Source: Octopus bimaculoides
Lineage: Eukaryota
DNA: 49,084 nt
Direction of reading: 5' to 3'
Assembly (NCBI RefSeq): GCF_001194135.2
Contig: NC_068981.1
Coordinates: forward strand, 199,673,008 to 199,722,091
The position numbers and the translations under genes are program-made. This document shows, piece after piece, positions 24,077 to 35,695 of this stretch. The notes below the pieces were generated by a model, which was given only the letters and a program-made list of their open reading frames with translations, did not search any database and had not been told where the DNA came from. Within the stretch, counting starts at the first letter, position 1; every line of letters begins with the position of its first letter.

Positions 24077-24374
24077 ATATTCCTTATTTCTTTGAGTTGT
24101 AAGAATGAAAGATAAAGAAGCAATAAACTGTAATTTGACCATCCTAAAAAAAGTAAAACTGGTCTTAAATGTCATTTCCACATCCCAGCACCACATTGAG
24201 AAGAGGTTCACAACAGAGTTAGACCAAAGACACCCAGTCTTTAAGGATTGTCCAACTCAGAGTGTCATCTCTCATATCCCTCTGTATAATGCAAGCACCA
24301 GTAATCTACCAGCTGCCTTAACGAGCTAACAGAGGGTTGTGAGCATCTGGTCAGGGCCTAGTTCATTGATTTTC

Positions 24375-24540
24375 TCTATTTTGAGGCCAGCAATTTTGAG
24401 GAGGAAGGAAATTGATTACATCAACTCCAGTACACAACTGGTATTTATTCCAACAATCCCAAAAAGATGAAAGACAACGTCGACTCTTAAGCATTTTGCC
24501 CAACATGCTGACGATTCTGCGAGCTTACCACCTTACAACT
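24375..24540 (-). mobile_element. SINE family B
   Basis: Minus strand GTAAGGTGGTAAGCTCGCAGAATCGTCAGC...TGTCTTTCATC...AAAATTGCTGGCC, related to 28211-28420. Confidence 0.7.
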
Positions 24541-25098
24541 CTGAATGGTGTTGTCTGGTGTTTATTCAATATTACACGGAAGTCCAGCACTGTAAGCTAT
24601 GACTTCTGCAAATCTTATGACTTATTCTGTTCCAATAACTGAACTCTGGAAGTGTCTACAAGTTATCTGAGCATTAAACTAAACGTTAACATGTTTCTAG
24701 TGCTCCTTTACATACTGAATTGAAATCTTGCTGAGGTCACCTCTGCCTTTCATCTATCCAGGGTCAATAAAATAATGTACCAGTCAAGGTATTTAACTGA
24801 CCCCCACCAAAATTACTGACCTTGTGAGTCAACTAAATCAGAAAACATTTTATCAAAGTACTTACTTCCCCTTACGTATTACATTGACAGAAAAATAATT
24901 TTCTCAGTTACAGATAAAATATAACAGTGGGACATTTTATTTCCTAAATTTATAGCTTTGAATCTTTATTTCTACCCAACTGTTCTATTTTTATATACTT
25001 TTTTCTTGTATGTGTTAATTGAAAAGTCATTTTTATAAAATGTAACAATTATTCAATATAAATCTTTTCTGTCTTCTCTTTTGCCTGTCATCCATTAG

Positions 25099-25201
25099 GG
25101 ACGCCGATGCATCTTGAAAGACTGCTGTGCTATTGCTGACAATACTGTCTTGCCTCCAGAAACAGTTGTGCCCCCCTTTACCCTATTTTCTGGTTCACCT
25201 G
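25099..25201 (+). CDS. DCTN5: DCTN5 coding exon 5 ([34 protein letters not shown])
   Basis: Polypyrimidine tract then cattag|; donor G|gtatgt; 103 nt, phase 1. Confidence 0.96.
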
Positions 25202-25358
25202 GTATGTGCTTATGCTCCACTAATTCCTCAATATTATTTTACCCATTAATACTTTTTAAATAACTTTAATCTTTTGGCTAAGTACTCCACATGTTTCTCA
25301 TGTTATTTATGAAACATTTTTGTTTTCTATTTCAAGAATATGTTTCATTTTAAACAAG

Positions 25359-25545
25359 ATGCAGGTGTGGCTGTGTGATTAAGAAGCCTACTTCCCATCT
25401 GTGTGGTCTTGGGTTCAGTCCCACTGCATGGTACTTTAGGCAAATGTCTTCTACTATAGCCTTGAGCTGAGCAAAGCCTTGCAAGTGGATGTCGTAGGCA
25501 GAAACTGAAAGAAGCTTGTTGTGTGTGTGTGTGTGTGTATACATG
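25359..25545 (+). mobile_element. SINE family A, 5' part, in DCTN5 intron 5
   Basis: Head/core as at 1144, ends in (TG)n. Confidence 0.8.
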
Positions 25546-25958
25546 CCCCCTTGTCTTCACATCATATGAGGATTGTAAACAAGATCCCCATCATAATAAG
25601 CAATGCCATTCATTTCCTGTCTTCATTGTAAAATGTGTCTGACTGTAGAAAATCTGCCTCAACAAATCCATCTGACCTGTACCAGCTTGGAAAAAAGGGA
25701 CACTAAATGATGATGGTGGCATGAGCAGATATTTTTGTTTGTGCTGGTGATATTAAAAAATATATAAAGCAAAAGAATGTCTTCAGAAGATTGAGAGCAA
25801 TAAAGTTACCAAAATTTAATGTTTTTAAAAGAAAGCAAAGAAATATTATTTCACTAAATTATTGCATCTCCACACTGTGCTACATTAGAAAACTTTAAAT
25901 TCCTTTCACATCCATAATTGATATTTGATGTAATTTATTTTGATCACTTTATTTACAG

Positions 25959-26059
25959 GTCGATTTTGCGGAGAACTACCAGAGTGTACACTTGAAATGA
26001 TGTTTGATGTAACCAAAGGTTTTTATCAGAACTTTGTGCCTCTAAATAAAAGCAAATAG
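25959..26059 (+). CDS. DCTN5: DCTN5 coding exon 6 ([33 protein letters not shown])
   Basis: Acceptor atttacag|; TAG at 26057-26059; spliced CDS totals 552 nt = 183 aa + stop. Confidence 0.95.
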
Positions 26060-26104
26060 AAAAATCTCCCTATTTATATATATATTTCATGTAAGTATAT
26101 TTCA

Positions 26105-26330
26105 ATTCATCATCATCATCATTTAATGTCCATTATCCATGCTGGAATGGGTTGGATGATTTGACCAGACTCCAGTCTGATTTGGCATGGTTTTCTACGG
26201 CTGGATGCCCTTCCTAACACCAACCACTCCAAGAGTGTAATGGGTGCTTATACATGCCATTTGCATGACACCAGGGTGTTTTTATGTGTACTCCTGGCAC
26301 GGGTGCCAATTTGTGTGGCATCGGTCTCTG
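26105..26330 (-). mobile_element. RTE LINE 3' end just downstream of the DCTN5 stop
   Basis: (CAT)n TTTAATGTCC...CCATGCTGGAATGGGTTGGA; starts ~45 nt after TAG. Confidence 0.8.
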
Positions 26331-26839
26331 CCAATTGTTCATCCACTAAGTTTGTGTGTCGTGTTTAGTTCGGATCTGTTGGAATAATGTGGAGTGTAAG
26401 GATTGCAGGCAAAGGAGCTGGTGACAGTAAACAGAAAGTAGATATCTATATACGTGTGTGGTGGAAGAAACCCAGGGCATTGTTTAGGCATAGTAAGAAT
26501 GGAAGTTTGACAAATCTGGTAAACTAGAGTCTTTACTGATGCAAATGGCATCAATAAAGAGCTGGTTCTGTGGTTTCCAGTTTCTTCAGGCAATTGACTA
26601 CAGCTGAGGATCCTGACTGAATCTTGTCGAAAGGAAGGCAGGGAGCTAGCAAAACAGTGCAGTTTGAATTCAGAACATATAGACTGACAAACTTTCACTG
26701 AGTTCAACTTTGCCTTTCATAAGTACCAGTTATGCTTTGGGGTCAAATGTAATCCGCTTAGTCCACATTCTCCTGAAATTTCTAGCCTTGTGCCAAAATT
26801 TAAAACCATTATTACTTTTGAAAGGTATAGTGATGGAAA

Positions 26840-27060
26840 CCCTTTAGAATTCACATTATTTTGTCAAGTACAATACTTATATATTTGCATATTGATTTAA
26901 ATTAATCATGCATTATCTTGTAGCTTTGAGATTTCAAAGATGTAATAGTCTATTATTACAATGATGTTCTTAGGGAGGTGTGAATCCAGACCTGCCCGGT
27001 TTGAACATAAAACAGGTAGAAAATTTGTGGTCAAATATTGCCAGTTTAAATGCTAAAGGG
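26840..27060. mobile_element. piggyBac-type MITE
   Basis: Ends CCCTTTAG ... TGCTAAAGGG followed by TTAA (left TSD degenerate); an inverted sister copy lies at 37126-37325. Confidence 0.7.
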
Positions 27061-27994
27061 TTAATGGGATATTAAGTGTATCTGGTATTATGCCTTACTA
27101 TAAGAAGGAAGTTTTGATATTTCAAACAAGGCCCTTTAAAGTGTGTTGAAGGCCGTGAATGAAGCTGTCCTTATTTGTGTTAAAAATCAAATGGTAAATT
27201 GATTTATTTTATAAAATTGAAAGGCAAGTTTCTTCTAATTATTTCTCACAACTAAAATAGAAAATACAAATTTTTTTTTTTAATTCTGCCGAAATTCGTC
27301 AGTATTTTTAATAAGTTTCATCTAATTTCATTGATTTCTTTCAGTTTCCAATTTTCAAGAGTTTTTAGACTTTATTGGTGTACTTTACTGAGAATTTTTT
27401 GTAAAACAACACTGAAAATATTCTAATTTGAAATCCTTTTTCTGAAAACAGTAAATAGCTTTAAATTAACATCATTGCATCAATAAATTGTTATTTTTGT
27501 CTTCTTCCAGATTACATTCATTTCAGTGGTGAAAGTGGAACAAGTTTAGTCACACATGCAACAGTTTGTTCCATTTATTGTTTATCAGACCAAACATTGT
27601 CAAAATACTGTGCTACCTGCTTTCACATTTTGCTGGAAAATAAAATCATTTACTTTGAAAATACAAAGCTAAATCACATGAACTCCTCCTCTTTTTATCA
27701 GATTCTAAAGCTTCTGTTTTCTTTCATACTTTTATGAATCAATTTATGGTTTAAATAAATTGCAGTTGGTTTTTCTTTCAGTACAATCAGTGGTTTGTAT
27801 TTACCTCATTTTGTGAGGCAACAGATTCTTGTTCTATTGGTGCCGTACATTAGATTCCAAACTTTAACAAATGTATTGGCACCACACAAACAAAAACACC
27901 AATAACTTATGCTTTACTGTAGCATGTGAGTAGCCAACACATAAACCCACAGGCTGTTGTACTTTCACATCCAACTCCAGTTATTGGTTGTTTT

Positions 27995-28420
27995 ATTATT
28001 ATTAAGATGGCAAACCGGCAGAATCATTTGCACGCCAGGCAAAATGCTGCTAAGCATTTTGTCCTTCTTCATGTTCTGAATTCAAATTCCACCAAGGTCA
28101 ACTTTGCCTTTCATCCTTTTTTGGGTTGCACACTGGGCTTGATGTAATTGACTAGACACCCCTCCCACAATGTTTCAGGCCTTGCGCTTATAGTAGAAAG
28201 GATAATTATCAAGGCAGCAAGTTGGCAGAATTGTTAGCCTGCCAGGCATAATAATGCTTAGCGGTGTTTCGTCTGTCTTTGCACCGAGATCAAATTCCAA
28301 CATGGTTGACTTTGCCTTTCATCCTTTTTGGGGTCAATAAGATAAGAACACTGGGGGTCAATGTAATCAGCTACCCCCTCCCCAAAATTGCCGGCCTTGT
28401 GCCAAAATATGAAACCATTA
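27995..28420 (+). mobile_element. Two adjacent SINE family B copies (27995-28205, 28211-28420)
   Basis: Each has GGCA..(T/C)GGCAGAAT..TT.GC, TCAAATTCC, ACTTTGCCTTTCATCCTTTT, GGCCTTG. Confidence 0.82.
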
Positions 28421-30399
28421 TTATTGTATAAAAAATGGTGATGTATAGCACATTACAGCATTTAATTATATTTCTTAGTTCAGATCCTACCAAAGTTAAT
28501 TGTCTTTCATCCTTCCAGAGGTGAGGAGGGAATAGGGGCCAATACAATAAGTAACATGCTATGGTGGTAAGAGTTGGCAAGGATCTAATCAATTCCTCCT
28601 CCGCCTCCTCCCCTGAAATTGTTTGATTTTGTGCCACTATTATAATTAAATAATTGGCATTATTATTTTCAAAACTAAAAGAAATTTTAGAATGTATTTC
28701 CAGTCATAGAGAATTCTACAATTGTCTGCAGTTTTAAAGTGTTAACATTTCCTGCTACACAATAATTTTCATAATTCTGCTCCAGCTTGTTTTGTTTATT
28801 TCATGCAATGAGGTAATTAGAAATCTTTCTGATCAATTCTTTTTATCAATTATATATTTATTTAATTTTTCTTGATGGAAGGGGTCATATTTTTATTTGT
28901 GTCCTACAGTTGCTCAACAAATTATTCATTGAATAAATACATTAATTAAAATATCTCAGTAAAATAGTAATCAGTGGGGTTTTTTTTTTTTTTCAACCAT
29001 TTTGAACATTTGTAAACTAATAAATGAACAGACCTTTGGTCCTAGTTTCAGAGTACACACGTTTGTCTTTTTGTTCTGTTTTTTATTTTGGAATTTTAAA
29101 CATTCCAGGTGTAATTTTTTCTTCCTTTTTTTTAAGCCAGTTGGCAGGCGTTTAACAGGGATTTGACTGTTATTTGTAACAAGTCAAGTCATCTCTGAGC
29201 CTCCCCACATTAACATTTTTTCAAGAGGTGGAATGGTTGATGGTATCAAAGAATGCAGATATTCATGCAAGTCTGTTTCTTTGCAGTTTTAATTATTGTT
29301 AAAAAACAATTTAAGATTTACTTTTGTAAAACTTCTTTGAATTGACCTTGAACAAATTCCAAGTATTTCTGATTCTCTTCATCTCATCCACTGGACAAAT
29401 TACATCCTTAAGGAACATAGTCCTATGTGCTAATCCTTCATTAGATCTTATTCTTTAATCCTTCTTCAATAATCACAAAATTAAGAATATTTCTTGGTTA
29501 ATTGAAAGAGAAAAAAAAACACTGGTGAAAAAGAGAAAAATTAGTTTTGGATCATAATTCATTTACAGGACACTGTATATTAACAGAATGCATGATGTTA
29601 TTTTTGCCTCCTACTCATTGTAAAATTTAGACAAATAAATTAACTTATAAAAACTTTTAATTTTCCATATTTATTTATTTGACTCACAAATGAAAAAAAA
29701 AAATTTAACAAAATTGATAAAATTAATTACAAAAATAATTTCAAGTCATTCATTCATCAGATCTTGTAGTTTTTCCGAAAACTAACCCAATTTTTTTAAA
29801 ACATTCAACCCTAAAATATATAACAGCAATAAAAATGATCAAATGAAACAAAATGAGAACAAATTTAACAACAAACCTAAAAATATCATCTTGTTTGAAA
29901 AAAAAAAAAGATTCTACAATTTAACCAATAACTGAAGATTTATGATACAATGTCCATTTGTAGAGTTTGTTGTCCACTTTGTTAATATATTTAAAATATA
30001 GTGAACTAAAATTATATGAGCAAAAGATTTTTTTTCATTAAATCTGCTTTTAAAGAGGATTGGGACATTTTAAGTTAAATATTTGTTTCTTTTATTTGAG
30101 GAAATGGCAGTTTTCTTTGTAAGCAGAACTCTCTCTCTCATCCACACACCATCAACTGTGATATATTCCAAGGTTCTGTTATATCAACCATATTCTTTCT
30201 CCTTTCCACCTGTAACCTATTTGGTTCGTGTAGAGGATACAACTCTTCACTTCTCCCTTAATCCGTAATATACAAAGGTCATCTATACATCAAACTTAGA
30301 TCTTGCAATTATTGATCTCATATTCATAGCAAAACCCATAGCCCCCAAAAAATAACCTTCCTCTCTATTGGAACCACAAAATATTTCAGCCCTAAAACA

Positions 30400-30690
30400 G
30401 CTGCTGATTCTCTACAAAGCTCAAGCAGAAGCTACAATAGAATACACTTTCCATATTTGAGATGACATGGCTTCTATATCACATGCCTGATTGATAACAA
30501 ACTCCAACTGCTGTGTCACAGGCATACACTCTCCTCACTCTCCTCCTTCTAGTCTTCTTACTACAGCAATTCAATTCATATCGTCAGTATTCAACTGCAA
30601 CCATGTCTTAGTCCTATCTCCCCATAATGTCATCAGCCACACCCTCCCCTCCTTTGCAATCGTTGAAGCTAAACATGAATTTGACTGGTG
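30400..30690 (+). mobile_element. Short CR1/L2/Jockey-like LINE fragment
   Basis: QLLILYKAQAEATIEYTFHI* resembles the post-RT LYK..IRP.LEY motif. Confidence 0.45.
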
Positions 30691-30721
30691 AAAGTCAAGG
30701 GTAAGACCCCACCTTCTAGAC

Positions 30722-30943
30722 CAGTGGGTCTCATCCATTTTTTTTACCATGGACCCCTTTGATTCCTATTTTAGTTAGGTGGACCCTCAAAGCCATTCGA
30801 TCCTTTAAAAAATCCTATTATATTTTTAGAATTATTATAAGGAAATGTATAAAAAAAATCATTGAAATATTTTTTTAAGTAAAACCAATTTATTGAAGAT
30901 AAATTGAAATAAAATTTACATGGAGCCTAGTTGAGAACCACTT
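30722..30943. mobile_element. hAT (Charlie-type) MITE with 8-bp TSD
   Basis: TIRs CAGTGGGTCTCA / TTGAGAACCACT(T); identical flanking TTCTAGAC at 30714-30721 and 30944-30951. Confidence 0.88.
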
Positions 30944-31654
30944 TTCTAGACTAAAACCATAATAAAACTAAATAATCAACACTGGACACAACAGCCTCCC
31001 CCCACCCACCCACCTTGAACGACCACCAACGAATGCATAATCTCTAATACCTTCCAATGAATGTATAGTTTTCCCCACTCAAATTTATCATTCTCAACCT
31101 CAGCTACAATTTGGTCAGTCTCAATTATGTTATTGTCTCTATGGACGAGAAATGAAATGAAGTATGTCTCAATCGCAGATGTAAAGAATATTCTATTATG
31201 GGTTGTTGCACAATAAAATAGTAATTTATGTCTGTATGATACTATAGGAAAGCTGTTCTTCAATATAAGACATGTTCATTGCTGTTCTGGGCTTTAAAAA
31301 TGTATTCCGAAACAATGAAGAATTATTTTCAAAAAATGAAAAAAAATAAATATGATATGAATTGATGGGAAAATACTCAAAAAATACCAGTTGCAATTGG
31401 TAAAAATATTATAATCATTAGCTTCATGTCTGTGATTCCATTTTTTATAAAATTGGTGCACAGTCCTGAATTCTTTTTCATCTTTATATTTTATATTTAG
31501 AAGGCTGATTCAGAAACATTTTTGCCAAATTAAAAAAAAATACTATTAACAATTTCAGCTGATTATTGGAAAAATAGTTCAATATATATTTATAAATTTG
31601 ATAAGAGTGTGAATGGAGCCCAACTATTTTCACAAAAAAAAAAAAAACATTGAA

Positions 31655-31855
31655 CTAGTTAGCACATGCATCAGCAGAGGTAAACAGATGTAAAACATTC
31701 ACTAAAATAAACATTATTATAGAACCTACAGCTGAACCTGCTTGAGATACAGCACCATACCAATACATACCTTTCCTGCCTTGTCTGCGAAAGATTGTTG
31801 CAATGGATAGTTTTGAGTAGGTTATAAATATTGCAACAAGGCTCCATGATACAAC
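31655..31855 (-). CDS. SLC52A: SLC52 riboflavin transporter, terminal coding exon (VVSWSLVAIFITYSKLSIATIFRRQGRKGMYWYGAVSQAGSAVGSIIMFILVNVLHLFTSADACAN*)
   Basis: Manual translation of the minus strand: acceptor tttttacttatag|GTT, phase 0 matching the upstream exon, 67 codons ending TAG; resembles the SLC52 C-terminal TMs. Not in the ORF track in this frame. Confidence 0.93.
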   Translation of the reverse strand, partial: VVSWSLVAIFITYSKLSIATIFRRQGRKGMYWYGAVSQAGSAVGSIIMFILVNVLHLFTSADACAN

Positions 31856-32679
31856 CTATAAGTAAAAACAAATTTTAATATTAGGGGGAAAAAATTTTAA
31901 AAAGAACAATACCATGTAATAGGTTGTTTCCTCCGTGCGACAACCTACATGAGATAGACCTACGATCAAAGGAGGCCCAAGACTTGATTATTAATCTTTT
32001 CTGAAGAAATAACAAACCTAGGACAACAATCCAATGAGATTTTTTTAAGGCAGTAAATTAAGAATTGAGGGAGATTTAGCTCCTCTTTCTAGCATAGCAG
32101 TTATATTGCAGAGAGCTGTGGCTCACATTTTAGGAGAAATAAAAATGTTTAGGTGCATTTTAAAATGTATTAAAGATATATATTTTCACCTATAAATATA
32201 ATTTAAAGTTGAGGAAATTTTTTTTTTTTTTTTTTTGTTGAAACGAAGCATTATTGATGAGAAAAAATTTGAAGGATATTTTGCCAACATCTAATTAAAA
32301 GTATTTAACAATGCTAACTCCTCTTACATCTGCTACTTTCTAGGTAACTCCTTCCTCATCTACTACTCTTAGTTTGATTAAGCTGTTTATCATTATATTC
32401 TATATTAAGACTAGATTTCGATGGCACATCTAGCTACCAATTTGTCACAGAAGTGAACACGGCCAATGTTATGCTGAAGCACCACTTTGGTGAACTTTAA
32501 AGCTAATATGAGATAATGTTTATATTCATGTTCAAAGCTGTCATCTCTTAAAATGTAGAAATGATTCAATGAGGAGAGTACCATCAAACAAGAATATTGC
32601 ACTCAATATCACCTTGATGAAAGAGCTACAGTGTGGATTATTTTAGAAACGGTATCAATCCTAATAGGGAAATGCATTC

Positions 32680-32876
32680 AAGGCTGCAAGTTGGCAGAAC
32701 TGTTAGCAGCATTTTGTTCCTCTTTATGTTCAGAGTTCAAATTTCACAAAGGCAGACTTTGCCTTTCATCCTTTTGGGGGTCGATAAAATAGGCACCAGT
32801 TGAGCACTGGGGTCGATATAATTGACTTAACTCTTCCTTGAAGTTGCTGGCCTTGTGCCTAAAATTGAAACCAATA
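32680..32876 (+). mobile_element. SINE family B
   Basis: AAGGCTGCAAGTTGGCAGAACTGTTAGC...GACTTTGCCTTTCATCC...GGCCTTGTGCCTAAAATTGAAACC. Confidence 0.8.
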
Positions 32877-33139
32877 TTAAATTGCATTCAACTTCCCCTG
32901 ATCCTACTCCCAACACTCACTATGTGTTTCATTTAATTTTCAAAATAATCAAGAATTTGGAGTGTTTTCATATAATAACTGATGTTTCTTTTATTTACTG
33001 TTAAAGTGAAATTTTAATCTATGAACAAACATTGACCAGAAATTTAGTCGAATGTATTGAGCCTAGTATTTGACAGGGACTTTGTTAAATCGACTTTGGA
33101 AAGCTGAAAGTTGATCTTGTCAGGAAATGAACTCAAAAT

Positions 33140-33330
33140 GCAAACATCATCATTTAACATCCATTTTCCCATGCTGGCATGAGTTGGGCAGTTTGACAGG
33201 AGCTACCACCAAGTTCCAATCTGTTTTGGTAGCATTTCTACAACTGGATGCCCTTCCTAACACCAACTAGTTTACAGAGTGCACTGGGTGCTTTTTACAT
33301 GGCACCAGAACCAACAGGATCACCAGGTAA
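33140..33330 (-). mobile_element. RTE LINE 3' end fragment
   Basis: CATCATCATTTAACATCCATTTTCCCATGCTGGCATG. Confidence 0.75.
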
Positions 33331-34409
33331 GGCATTTTGTTCAATGCTCTATTTATTCTGCAAATTCAGTGCTCTTAGGGGTAAGCATTGACAACAATAT
33401 ATAGCTTTAAAATCATCCACCCCAAAAATGTTAGAAAATAATGAATTTACAAATCCATCCTGAAAGGTTGTAGATGATTGAATCAAGCCCTCGTATATTA
33501 CTAGTATTTATTTCTACAACCACATACAAATAGAAAACAAAATTAACCTCAGTAGCGTTTGAACTCAAAGACATAACTACATACTACAACATTATTCAGC
33601 ATCTTACCATTTTTGCTCCTTTACCAATTTTACTCTCATTTCATCCAGACATATTACTTCTATTGTGGATGTTCAGATTTTAAGAATATTTAACTAATTT
33701 TTGAAACTGAACCTTTCCAGACTGTTTATGATTCAAACTTCCTGTTTTAGTGATCTAAATTGAAACTTCCAACGAAATTTCATTCTAATCTCTGTTCTAT
33801 ACAGTAAATAACAAATTCATTTAAGTTATTTTGCTAAATTCATTATTTTTAGAATTACCGGAAACAAGCATTTTTCAACAGAAATATGGTAACAAAAAAG
33901 TTCAATAGTATTTTACCAATCTTTAATTGTTAGATCTCAAACTATGATGTGTGTACACGTGTGTGTGTGAGAGAGAGAAACATATAGACTGAAAACTTTG
34001 TGCTCTATATAATTCTTCAGCATTTTTACTCAGTTTCAACTGCATAAATAATCGTCCATGCTGGGGCACTACCATAAAAACAAGAAAGAGTTAGGATGAA
34101 GAACATAGAAATAAGGAATATATCTAATGTAGCCCATCTGATACCACTATTTCAACACTCAGCAATAACAGCAACTGCTACACAAACAAACCTACAAAGG
34201 AACAACTGCATAATCACACAATGTACAAGAAACAGCAACCTAATCTCTCCCAAATCACATTAACCATATTGTAAAAAGAAGGACATGTTAAATAAATTGG
34301 TCCTTGGTACACTATTCCTGAAAATTAATAGATGGAATAATCAATAGTTTGATGGCATTTGATCATAAGCTTTTTTAGATCAGGCTTTAAAAACAGCACA
34401 CAAAATATA

Positions 34410-35030
34410 ACAGCAAGTGCTCAGTATATATTCCATTCAGTGTACACACCATCTCACTGTACACTTATACATGCACATCCAATGGGGCATACTAGCTCCA
34501 TTTCTTTCAAGCTTTCGCATGTCCCCTATGGTTGTAGCCCATGTTTCACTGCCATGTAGCATAGCTGTTTGCACACAGGCATCATACAATCTGCTTTTCA
34601 TTCTGAGGAAGAGGCCCTTTGTTGCCAACAAAAGTAAGAAGCTCTCTGAACTTTGCCCAGCCAGCCATTCTTATTCTAGTAACTATCTTTTCAGAGCATC
34701 CCCCTCCACTGTTGACTTGGTCACCAAGAAAATGAAAGCTATCAACTGCTTCTAGGTGTCCCCACTGGCATTTGATAGAATCTATTTTCTGTATATTTCT
34801 AATGTTTACTGTACCTGTTGGTGATGGTGCAACATAAAAAGACCTGTGCTATTGCCACGTAAAAAGCAACCAGCACACTCTGTAAAGGGGCAGGCATTAG
34901 GAAGGGCATCCAGCCATAGAAACCATGCTAAAACATATGGCTGAAGCCTAGTGCAGTTCTCTGACTTACCAGTTCCAGTTAAACCCATGCCAGCATGGAA
35001 AGCAGCTATCAAATGATGATGATGACAGCT
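34410..35030. mobile_element. RTE fragments in opposite orientations (ORF2 on - at ~34410-34790; 3' end on + at ~34810-35030)
   Basis: KSRLYDACVQTAMLHGSETWA on the minus strand; AACCCATGCCAGCATGGAAAG..(GAT)n on the plus strand. Confidence 0.8.
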
Positions 35031-35559
35031 AGATAAAAAACAAATTATCCCAAGACACTGTAAACCTCCTGCTTCAATTTGTACTAATTATGTCAACCCC
35101 CATTCACCATCCAAACCAACAAATAATACTGAGACGCCAGGCAATGCTAAGCATTATTCAGAGTGATTGCAGATTCATGATTCAACAACAGGCTTTGTGA
35201 GGTTTTATATGAAAACAGACCAACAAAAATGGTAGAAGCAGTAATAGTGTTCAAAGGAAATCAATAATTACTACAAATTCAAGAAAATCTTAGATGAAGG
35301 TCATTAGGAATAAGCTGAAAGAACCAAGATCTACACAAAATACTAAACAACACAATGTTTGAAATGATTTATTAATTAAATCAGGTGTAGGCGCAGTTAG
35401 CTCCCTTGACAGGGGCTGATTAAATAAGCTCACAACTAGATGGTGCAAGTAGCGTTTAGGTTCTGACACGAAGCCCTGGCACACTCTTTTTGCATCGAGA
35501 CGTCGGAGAGCAAGGACATGACCTAGCAATCTCTTGTACACACGCAGACATGAGGTTGT

Positions 35560-35695
35560 AGTGACGTCATTTGGCGCCAAAATACAGTCGCCATTACTGC
35601 GTTTTCATCCACGCATGCGCAGGGACTAGTTCCGGAAGGAACACAGGAAGAGTCCCATGCGCATGCGTAGTTCGACTCTCAACATTTTCCCGCAT
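35560..35695. promoter_or_regulatory. Candidate bidirectional housekeeping-type promoter core in the SLC52 intron
   Basis: TGACGTCA 35562-69, TTTGGCGCCAAA 35570-81, CGCCAT 35589-94, ACGCATGCGCA 35611-21, TTCCGGAA 35630-37, TGCGCATGCG 35658-67, TTTTCCCGC 35685-93; local CpG island. Function not demonstrated. Confidence 0.5.

Noticed and set aside
23545-24102. 185-aa ORF as a repetitive protein gene
   Set aside because: Non-ATG start, runs through LINE 3'UTR and a non-triplet-period tandem array inside a DCTN5 intron
35570-35590. TGGCGCC as a tRNA-Lys primer-binding site of an LTR element
   Set aside because: Match ends after 7 nt; no paired LTRs or gag/pol nearby; TG...CA ends with a TSD not found
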